A DNA stretch of 64,000 nt from Spirogloea muscicola (Eukaryota), in assembly GCA_009602725.1 (NCBI GenBank), contig WELB01000010.1:1011494-1075493 (forward strand), given 5' to 3'. Positions 53,801-64,000 of this stretch are shown piece by piece. The notes below the pieces were generated by a model, which had not been told where the DNA came from, did not search any database, and was given only the letters and a program-made list of their open reading frames with translations. Every line of letters begins with the position of its first letter. Within the stretch, counting starts at the first letter, position 1. A program made the translations under genes and the position numbers.

Positions 53801-56800
53801 GGTCTGTAGTCCACTTGTCCTCAGCAACTTCCGCAACATCGTAGTGTCCACAGATGGCTACGGTCAGCTTGCTTGGATCCTGGCCCCCAGCGCCGCACGC
53901 TTGACAAATTGTTAAGTATGTTTGGCTGTGTATGCTTGAGCCTGCAGTTGTAAGTCAGCACCAAGCAAGACTTCATGCAAACAAAAGATACAGACCGCAG
54001 CACAAAAATCGATTTGATTTCTGCCAAACAAATGGTTATCTCCTAGACTGACCTGTACAATGCGGCCAAAGACAACTGGATTGGTATTTTCTACTGTGAC
54101 CACAAGCTTAGCTTCTGCGCCCAGGTCTTCTAGTAGGCCCATGAGGTACTTTGCCCCCTTCCATGCCTAGTCAGACATTACGCACAAGTGCAATTTGAGC
54201 TTCAGCTCATGCATCTTAACATGTGCACCACGGTCACTACAAGAATGTGACGATATCTATTAGTGTAAACCCAAGGCCAAGTAAGAAACTCTCAAGCTAG
54301 CACCGCAAATCTGTACCTGACGATTATTACAACTGCTGCTGTGGACATGCCGGGCTAACACAGCTACAATCATGACCTGGGAAGTCACCAGACCGTAGTT
54401 GCGTAATTCATGATCTGTCTCAAGCACAGACTGTCATGATTATCTGTCATACCCGATCTTGAGCAGACTTGGACTTGTCCGTACTAAACGTGCGAATGCG
54501 GACAAACTTTCTGAGCTTCTCCTCCATGAGAGCATGCTCTTCTCGACTTCCACTTGTGCACTGAGCGGCACAATTACCCACTATCAGCGAGCCTGATGCA
54601 GCCACATCTGCAAAAATGTCAAGTCTATGAATAGCCTAATGATTGCAAAGATGCCCCGCCAAAAAATATGCAATGTCCACCCAAAGCAAGTTGCAGCAGA
54701 CATGGGATACTTAAGGCACACGCCTAAGTGGTAGTGCTAGGGCTTAGATTGATGACAAACTTACACCTCTCTCTGTAGAATTCAATTTCACTGGCTGGCA
54801 GACAATACCTGGCTGCGAATGGTCTTGGGTGTCGGTGGGCCAGTACAAGAAGTGATGTCAGTCACGCCAACCTCCCAGTATCGCACTAAACCGTCGCTGC
54901 CAAAGAGGCAGTGCACAGACACACATCAAACCCAAGGATGTAGTGCTAAAGTCACTTGGGTTGACTCTTATGCTGCAACAAGTGCTCGTATCAGCAACAT
55001 CTCAATCTCCAAGTTTAATTTCACAACCTACAGCAAAGTAGTCGAGTGGCCCATGTAAGTACCTAGAGCCAGTTAGGACACCGTCCGCAGTGCAAGCGAT
55101 AGAGAGAAAATTGGAGCCCTCGTGGAGAAAAATACGCAAACATTCATATGTTACCAGGCTCCACATCCTGCCACAATGTAAATCAGGCTTCTGAGATTGA
55201 TGCTAAGGACCAATAGCTGTCTGTTGGCCTCACTGCAAGTTCCTCGTAAGTAATGAACATTGACACGACTGAAGGCTTCCTAATTGTATCTTCTTGCAAT
55301 GCCTAGCCATATTTGGCTGATTGATATTGGTGTAAGCATTGCACACTTTGTCAATGCCATTCAATAGAGAATAGAGAGGGAGCCAGTTGTGCCAGCTTGC
55401 AAATGACTCAATCACCACAAGTATCAAGTCGTCTTGCTGGCCAATTAGCATAAGCATCACCTTACAGTCTGGTCCACTGAAGCACTGTAGAACTCCTCTC
55501 GCGATCCTGAACAGTGCAGAGCGATATGGGACCGGACACTCAATATGCATTCTGCCTTTGCTAATCTGTCAACAAGCTAGGCAATAACCTAATTTATAAT
55601 AGCATCTTGACAAATAAGGAGACTACTATTTCAGGATAGAGGGCGTAAAGTATAATGAAGAGATTTTGAATGTAGATAAGAAGAAAGACTCGCTGACATT
55701 GGGAAAGATCATACACTCACCAATAGCAAGGCCAAGGACGTCATCTGAGTGTCCTGTAATAGTAGTGATGCAAGAGAGAGTGGCAAGGTCCCATACTCTG
55801 ATTGTATTGTCCCTTGAGCCTGCTCAGACCAGATAAGTGCCTTGAGATCACAGCTTTGCACCAATCAAGTATGAAAACTTAGTCAACCAGCAATGACAAA
55901 CTCAGCTCCATCCTACTTCTGTACAGTGCAAGAATTAAGACTCGTCAACGATATGATAGAGAACATTTGGTAGCAAATATACCGCTGAGGAGGCGCCCAT
56001 CGCTTCTCTCGGCTTCCTGGATGGCTGCCAGGGCCATGACACCCCCTTTGTGACCATATAATGTAGCGACACAGCAAGCAGTGGCTAAACTCCACACCTG
56101 CACATGCAAGACTTGAGTGTCCCTCAGCTCAATCGCTCGTAATCGGCAGCTACAATCAATGCACACGGAGAGCCATTGCGTCGATTGAAAGCATAATTCA
56201 GTGCTAGCAACCTGCCCGTGCTTGTACGCAATGCTGACCTTGACAAAACCATCGCCAGCCCCACTGCAGAGGAAGGGGTTGCACATCACAAGTGCATACA
56301 CCCGGCTGCAGTGACCCATCCTCTCAGTGTCGGTCAGAACCAGCGTCGGCTCTGTGCTTGTACACGACGATTCAGGGAGCCACCGAGGACGTAAAGGAGA
56401 TGTGCCTGATGACCTCTGCCCTTCACCGTTAGAGGTCGAAGGCTCTGCAAGTACAAGCTGAGCGCCGGCCTCATTGAAGAAGGCCTCCCTTTCACGTAGA
56501 GGAATGGTCATGGCTCCCACCTTCTCTAGCAGAGGGTGGATTTTGGCAGAGTTCCATCTTTCCAAGCTATCAAGTACGGGCGTCTCTTCGTGTCCATTTG
56601 GCAATACTGTGCCCTCAGCACTGACAGGCAGAATGAGGCTCAGAAATCTCTGTGTGCTCTCATGCTCCTGATCCACTCTGACAACCTGTGCAAGGCTGTG
56701 GCTCCCCTGTATCCGACCACTACCACTAGCAGTCTGACTTGCATCGGTGCTCGACTGAAGCACGCAATCCCCATTCTCTCTGGAGATTTTTGCTGCTATA

Positions 56801-59103
56801 TCTGGCACCTCGGTTGAGTCTCCCTGGAGTGGTGCAGACGAGCTGGAAGCTCCACTACTGTGGCCAGTTCTCTCAGCCCCTCTGGCGACAACCTCCTTGG
56901 TAGTGACGCCTCTGCGATTGCAGCGTATGATGGACGTGCCAGCCGGGCCGGCCACCGCTCGTCCCTGCGCAAGTGCCAGCGCGAATACGTCCCCATCCGA
57001 GTGACTGAGCTTTGAGAGCAGCTTGAAGGACGCCATGTCCCAGATCTTCACAACACGGGTGCTCGAGCTGTACAGGAGCCCGTTGTGGACGTTCAGCGAG
57101 AAGATGGTCTGACTGTGGCCATTGAGCTCCTTCACGCAGCGGAACTCCTTGAGGTCGTACAGCCTGATGACGCCTTCCTGTGAGCCCGAGACGACCTTCT
57201 TGCCATAGACTGCCAGCGCCAGCACGGGCGATCCATGCCCAGTCATGGTATGACGAGGAGAGGTCACGAGAGGCACATCTGCAGGTGGAAGACTTGCCCC
57301 AGGCTCCTTCTTAAGTGAAACTTTTAATGAGGTAGAAGAGCAGCTTGCAAGGGCCTTAAAACTGCGAGATATGTCCCGCTGCACTGCAGGTGGAGCTCCT
57401 ATTGGTACCAGTATGAGGTCCACGAATTCTCCCTTGAAGCGCGTCATGACCACCATGGTGTTTCGGGGAACCTGCAAACAACACCAAGACAGGTTAAGCA
57501 AGATCAAGCCAAAGCTATAGGCAACAACCCAGTACGGACTGCGTGGTCTCCATCAATGGCAGCTTGCATACTCAGTTGTGGTGGCCTCTAGAGGGACGAG
57601 TGGTATGCCTCAGACCTGTATCCAATCAGCACTCTCATCTGTGAGAGGCTCTGATGCAACGATTCCAAGAAGGCCACGTCGGTCAGAGTGTTTCACGAAG
57701 TACTCATTGCTCTTCCTGTCCACACACTCGAACTTGGAGCCAGAAGCATAGTACAGAGAGGCCCCTGGTTCCCCAACAATATTGGTATAGCGAGTTGAGA
57801 CAACTGTCTTTCCATCAGAGACGACAAAATTCAATAGGCTTTCCTCCTGACCAAGGCCAGCCTCTGAACATATGCGATTTATCAGGTCGATTGTCGCGTT
57901 CATCTTTGCCACCAACTCCTCTGCCCAATCTCACATAACACTGTCAGTCAAAAAGCCGAGGCAAATGTCTTCGCTCTGATTGAGAGACAGCATAATGTTA
58001 ACTAGCGAATGTAAGAAGAGAAGCAGTACTGGCCTTCACAAACTGCTGCACATCTAACAAGAGGCTGCTGCAACTTCTGGATGTCAGACTCTTGCCTGAC
58101 AGTGTCTAGAGAGCTCAAACTTCCTCACACCCACTCTGTTGAGAGACACTACTTAAGGAACAATTGACACTTACCAGGTGGGAGCTCAATCATCACATCA
58201 TCGATGTTATTGAGGAAGAGCGCAAAACATATGCCCGAGTCAGACTCAAAGCTGGGACACTGCTCATACACATCATCACGGAGTGTATCCAAGAGCCGAC
58301 GCCGGACGAGGTTGAAGCCCCCCACACCACCATTGTGCATCCATAAGTACCTTCCACAGACAAAGGGCTGCAGCAAACCACTGCTACACATCAGAACCCT
58401 GACAACCTGCTGCAGCTTCCTGTGAATCTAGGCACACTGTCACGTGATTGGTCTTGTGCTAATGACACCTGATTTGCCTCCATGCCGCACCCAGTCTGAC
58501 ACAAGTCCTATGCTTTGAACCTTCAGATGGTCGCAGGTACGAACAATTGGGCTTCGATTGCTGATACATGATAATGCGCTGCAATGGGCGCATTGCTGCG
58601 TGCATATTCCAAAGCCTGCTTCTACATTGAAGCCTGTTCTTATATGTAAGCTGTAATTCGTGCATATTAGCAGCCCAAGAGAAGGCCCTGAGTCAGAGCC
58701 CTAAAGGGCTGCGACAAATACCACCCTCCTAACGTGCTCAAGTGCGGCAAGTGCGCGTGCGGCAAGGCCTCACCTGGCAATTGGAGTCGCTGACAGGGAT
58801 GCCGGGGTAGGCGGCGCGGACGTGCGCGAAGATGAGCGGCGAGACGATCTTGTTGGCCAGGCGCTCGAGGTTGCGGTTGTTCCACGCGGGCTGGATGGAC
58901 GAGAACATGCAGGGCGTGGGGTCGCCATGCTGCCGCGCCTCGGGCGAGTACCAGCCGATGCCGAAGCCGTCGCCGTTGAGGTACCCGTGGCCCGTCAGCC
59001 GCTCCTTGGCGTCGTACGACTGCCGCGTGAGCGAGCGCGAGGGCTTGGTCACCAGGTCCGCCAGCAGGCAGGGCGTGCCCAGGTACGCCATGAAGCGGCA
59101 CAT
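50870..59103 (-). CDS. Fusion protein: class II glutamine amidotransferase (Dug3/EgtC-like) + WD40 repeats + M20 peptidase-like domain (Dug2-like)
   Basis: GATase: MCRFMAYLG..NGDGFGIGWY..PAWNNRNL..FAHVRAA; WMHNGG; LLNFVVSDG; IVASEPLT..W. WD40: GHGSPVLAL..VSGSQEGVIRLYD and GSRDNTIRVWDL. M20: GHYDV..WTTDPF..GYLHGRGVSDSKGP, TYGMRG, DLHSG, REGGTLP, NERL. Stop at 50870-50872. Confidence 0.88.
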
Positions 59104-59899
59104 GGCGGCGGCGGCGGCGGCGCCGTCGCGGGCCCCGCGGCCGCGGAGGGTCCGCCCGGCGCCCCGTCAGAGCTCGGCGCGCAGCAGCTCGCCGGCGATC
59201 TCATGTGCGGCTGCGGGGGCCGACGCAGGCGCCTCCGGCGGCGGCTGCTGGCAAGGATCGGGGCCACGATTTGAAAGCCGGAGAGCCGTGCATGCCGTCT
59301 CGAGTCCGTCAGCTTGGCGCCGCTCAGCCGCCGCCGTCGCCGAGAGCTTCAGCAGCGGGAGGCCGCAGGCGCCGCGCCCGCGCAGCCAGGGCCGCNGGCG
59401 GCGGCGGCGGCGGCGGCTGCGGCGGCGGCGGCGGCGGATACGGCGGCGGCAGTGGCGGTGCCGGCCAGTGGGCCGGCCGCCGTTGAACGAAACGGCAGCG
59501 TCGTCACGGAGTCTAACGTAACCGGCTAGTCACCGTTGGCCCCCGGTCCCTGTCGGACGCCGCCGTGGCGCCGAGTCGTGGCAGCGCCAGGTCCGACGTG
59601 GCGTCCCACGTGGAGTCTACGTGGAGGTCTAGAACCCCCTCAAAACCCCCCCACGCTACCGCTCCATGCACCAGCCCGAGCTGCCACACAGCTCCTGGAG
59701 AAGCTCGCGGCCCCCTCCCTCCAGCTCGCGCTCTGGGCGCCCACCAGACGCCATCGCCCCGGGGCAAGCCCCTCTGCTCTGCGCTCCAGCTGCCGCTCGC
59801 CCACGTCTCGGCGCACCAGCGCGGCTCCACTCGGCTCGCTGCCTCCGCAGTCTCTGAGCCCACGTCGGAGCCGCCGCCGGCGTTGCCACAGTGGTCGCC

Positions 59900-61722
59900 A
59901 TGGCCGCTCCGGGCCGGCTGGCCCGCTCGCTCCTGTGGCGGGGCTGCTGCCGGCTGGCCGCCCCGCTGGCCGAGGCCTCGCCGGCGGCGCCGCACCCGCT
60001 CTCAGGCGGCACGTTGCGGCACGCGCCATCACCAGCTTTATGGCGACCCCAAGTACACCTATTTACCCAATACATCTCCTCAGTGGCGCAAGCCGCGCCA
60101 CGCGCTTCGCGTACCACTGTGATGTGTTATCACTTATGTGATTGTGGGTAGCCATTGAAGCACCTGAGGTCCTGATCCCACGCGCGTCATGGAAGCTGGC
60201 CTGGCTCCAGCACTGCTGACTTGGGTCGCATGCATCTGCGGTCGGGGTGCCGAAGGCTGGAGCTCGTGCCGCAGCTGCGCTGCCGCTGCGAGACGAGTCG
60301 TTGCGGGGCTGGCGCTCGGCTCTACACACGGCGGGCTTCTCCACAGAGGGGTCAGCCGGCAGCGGAGCCCCCAAGGAGGGCGGCGCTGGGGCTAGCCCGC
60401 ATGGGCAACGTCCAGAGGAAGGTGCGCACACGACGCCGGAGATGGAGCAGGAGAGGGTGGCAGAGGGGGCTGGAGAGGCTGAGGCGGAGGCAGGGCCGCA
60501 GGACGGAAGCGCGGCAGCCCCGCCGCTGAGCTTCGTGTTCATGGGCCGCGACATCTCACAGCAGTTGACCAAGGAGGACCTCATCGTCACGCTAGGCGAA
60601 GCAGACGCGCTCCTCAAGGTGCGCCGTTGCCGTGAGATCAGTACTGCTACCTACAGAATTTCGCGCTCGTACTGCGTGAGGCAAGCTCGACTTTCGATTG
60701 TCTAACTCTCAGATTGCTCATGTACTTGCTTAACCAACGCAGCTGCAGTGCCCAGCATGCCACCCACGGGCCCTGTGCCTGTTGCCTGACTGCGTCATAA
60801 GCGCCCCAGCCTGCATGGTGCAGGTGAAAGACGAGCAGCTCCAGAAGCTCAAGGACACCCTTCTGCGACTGTACGAGGAGATGGAGGACTTGCGCGACCG
60901 CACGAAGCGCGAGATGGAGCTGACTAAGAAGTATGCTATCCAGGTGTGGCGGTCGGCGCCCCAGTGGCTAGCCATCTTCTTGTGCGGTCAGCTGGTAGTC
61001 CTGTCTCGACAAAGCATTGGTGACACTTACCTCTCATCGTGTGGCTCCAACTCAGGACTTTGCCAAGGCTCTGCTGGACGTTGCTGACAACCTGAGCCGT
61101 GCTAAGGAGACAGTGCCAGCGGACCAGCTCAAGGATGGGCTGCCGCTGGAGGAGGAGCAAAAGACTGTGAAGCTACTCAAGTCGCTCTACCTGGGCGTGG
61201 ACATGACCGAGAAGCAGCTGCTGCAGGTCGTGCCTTGCCGGCTCAGGCTGGCTGCAGAGGGGCCTTGCCATGTATCGATGGAGTGAAGGCAATTGCAAGT
61301 TGGGCTGGCTGCTGACGCAGAGCCCTCTGTGGTCATGCCTGTGGCCCCACCACTTTCAGGTCTTCTTGAGATTCGGCATTTCTCGCTTCGTGCCGCTTGG
61401 CGAGCCCTTTGATCCGCACTTGCATAATGCACTATTTGAGATCGACGATCCGACCAAACTCCCAGGCACGGTTGCCCATGTCATCAAGGTGCTGCAGACG
61501 GAACCCCTTCACAAAATTGCTGCATCAGTGCTGGTTTGTTGAGGCGCAGGCTTTGTGTATGACTTGTAGAGCTGCTCAAGCACTCGTACATCCCTTATAT
61601 CAAGCCTGGCAAGTTGTCCAGCTCTGACCTTTGCCTGCATTGCATTGCAGCCTGGATACACGCTGGGGGACCGCGTGCTCCGCGCGGCAGATGTGGGGAT
61701 CGTTAGGAAGCATGAAAGCTGA
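59900..61722 (+). CDS. GrpE nucleotide exchange factor, probably mitochondrial (Arg-rich presequence)
   Basis: LKDTLLRLYEEMEDLRDRTKRE..KYAIQ|DFAKALLDVADNLSRA; LYLGVDMTEKQL; PLGEPFDPHLHNALFE; PGYTLGDRVLRAADVGI. Confidence 0.93.
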
Positions 61723-62388
61723 GGGACAGGGTGCTCGAGTTGCAGGAGGCAGTTGCGCATCTCCAGAAGGACAGGCAGCTGCCAGCTGCCCATTGGTCTT
61801 ACGAGTTCACTTCACCCGCTTCTTTGGCTCTTCAGGGGCCATCATTCCTCGCTTACTCGAAGAAGTAGGGGGTGGTATAATCACGGCGTAGTCAGAATTG
61901 GTGCAGAAGGTAAGCCGGCAAACTGAGCAGTGTAGTAATGGTAGGCAGCATATGGGTGCTCTGAGGATGACACCCAGTCTGTTAGGCACCCACTGTTCAA
62001 GCTTTGACACCCTGCAGGCTTCTCATTCTTTTGGTTGAACATGTGTAGCTGGCTACAACAAGCTCTTGCATGTCCTTCAATCTGGCTGAGCTCCCTGAGC
62101 CCTAATTCTGCTGAGTCATCCACACTCTACTGTGTCTGCTCGGTGGTACCAGCGCACGTGGGAGTAATGACACCCCAAAACGCTATCGTTGGTGATGCAT
62201 GCACCTCCTCTTGCCTGCGCTACTGCCCATGCCTCCCTGTTACAAGCTCCAAGCTGCTGACAGTGGCTAAGGTTCGGACTGATCAGTGACAGAGGCCACC
62301 AGAAGTGGTGGGCACCAGTTTAAGAATATGGATATGAAGGAACCACCTCATGAGATAGATGCCATGTCACTATCACCAGAAGTCTTAC

Positions 62389-62480
62389 TGCGCTTACTGA
62401 GAAGTAGAAGTTGCAAATGGACGAGCTTTGCATTGCGCTTACTAAGAAGTAGAAGTTGCAAACGAACGAGCTTGGCAGTA
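62389..62480. repeat. Tandem duplication of a ~45-bp unit
   Basis: TGCGCTTACT(G/A)AGAAGTAGAAGTTGCAAA..GACGAGCTT occurs twice. Confidence 0.85.
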
Positions 62481-62571
62481 CTGCAACGATGGCAGCCCAG
62501 CAAAGCTTGCCGCTTGCTATCAACGTGTGAACGGCGTGTCAGGGTTGACAGTGTGCTGAGCTACTTCTAAG

Positions 62572-64000
62572 TTAAGCAAATTTGCGTTTCTGCCAGATGC
62601 AGAAGTCCTGCCCTGATGCCGCAACCTCCCAATCAGAACCTGCATAGGCTTGCAGAAGATAAGCTGCAGTCTGGATGTATTGAGGGCAGTGCATGTGCAT
62701 CTTAGCTTCAAGGACGTAAAGCATGTACTCATATGCTTAGCAGCAGAAAGTCCTCACAGCATGTGCTTTGAGTGGAATAGTATCCTCTACCTGGTTCTGT
62801 CCCACGCATATCAAATGAAGGCCCAATCTTCACAATGACACCCTGAAACGTATCCTGCTTGTCGACATTGTCTCCAACTCTAGCAACATAAAGGTCTGGA
62901 TGACAGGTCAAAATCTTCACTTCACTTCGTGCATGAAGCTTGTTCCGATGCCTGATCTGAACGAGTGGAACAATCTCGTCCTGCAAGCAAGCAAAAGGTC
63001 TAGGTAAGCAGACAACAGCTGTAATATTGTACAATAAGACAATCATACGAACATTGAATGCCAATAAGCAGCTGCCTGTCAAGTCATGCCATGGTTTGTC
63101 ATATTTTGCCACAAGAGCCAACACTGACCTTCAACTTCCAGTCATACAAGTGATCCCAAAACACACAGGGGGTGCCTGGGTGCGTGAGAATGTATGCATA
63201 CCTGCATGACAGTGGGTTTGAGGTCAGTGAAGCAGCACATGACATCAAGAATGACTTATATCTACAGGCATAATTCATACTGAAGCGCAACGAAATACAA
63301 AACCTGGCACAATCATATGTAAGTCTATTGCACGTGCTAATACAACAGCAGTGCCACATTGGAGAGAGTGATGCTATTGAGTAGAGAATCCTTGACCTTG
63401 TCGTGCGACTCTTACACGAATGACAGCATCAGAGTGTGGGGCACCACATGCTGCTAGTAGTGCGTGCTACAGATTGACCAGACATGCCTCCCACTGACAG
63501 CCGAAGGATAGCTCAAGAACCTCAGCAAATTACCCTCTCATCACGCCCCATGCAGGGAAGGGCCAATGTTGTGGTACTGATCCAGTGGAGTGGTTGTCAA
63601 CAAAGGTCACAGCCTGCAGTGGACCAATGCATAAGTCCCAGCTGAGAGCAGCTGTATTCCAGTCTGGGATCCTGCAGATGTTGAGCTCCTTCGATTCCTG
63701 TCTGGTAGAAGACAGACCTTGCCAGGCCACCATCCTATAACACCGGGAGGTCGTCCTTTGGGGTCAATCAACCTCCAGTACTCGCAGCGTTCCACAGCTT
63801 GCTGCAGTATACCCTGGAGCAATACAGATATCAAACTTACTCATATATTGTTATGTGAGCTCAACACTTTCATAATTTCAGTGAGCCCTCTATAAGGACC
63901 AGCCCTTCCATGCTTATTAGTGCAAGTGCGATCGGACCTTGGTAGTGTAATCAAAAACAGAAGCTGTGCCTCTTGTAGCCTTCACCCAATTGCAAAGTTC
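62572..64000 (-). CDS. Plant-type alpha-amylase (GH13), 3' part; continues beyond the window
   Basis: [67 protein letters not shown]-terminal VIVKIGP...[15 protein letters not shown]. Confidence 0.9.

Overview
Gene-dense eukaryotic DNA with many spliceosomal introns. The gene set (CHASE histidine kinase, plant-type alpha-amylase, DUF2301, NC/LRAT protein, plant-type U2 promoter) points to a green plant lineage, probably a streptophyte alga (inference). About 15 spliced protein genes are recognisable: CHASE hybrid kinase, dienelactone hydrolase, ZIP transporter, RPL8, IMP4, SNM1, MaoC dehydratase, NAP1/SET, DUF2301, hexokinase, LRAT, a GATase-WD40-M20 gene, GrpE and a partial alpha-amylase. 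There is also one U2 snRNA gene, one near-intact RLE-type (CRE-like) non-LTR retrotransposon, and more than 10 short relics of related elements. Highlights: (1) a single gene that fuses homologues of fungal Dug3 (class II glutamine amidotransferase) and Dug2 (WD40 plus an M20 domain with a degenerate active site); (2) a recurring two-part architecture in the retrotransposon relics; (3) an alpha-amylase lacking its catalytic Asp; (4) a cytokinin-receptor-like kinase with a divergent ligand pocket. Exon boundaries were read by eye and are approximate. Assembly gaps hide several 5' ends.
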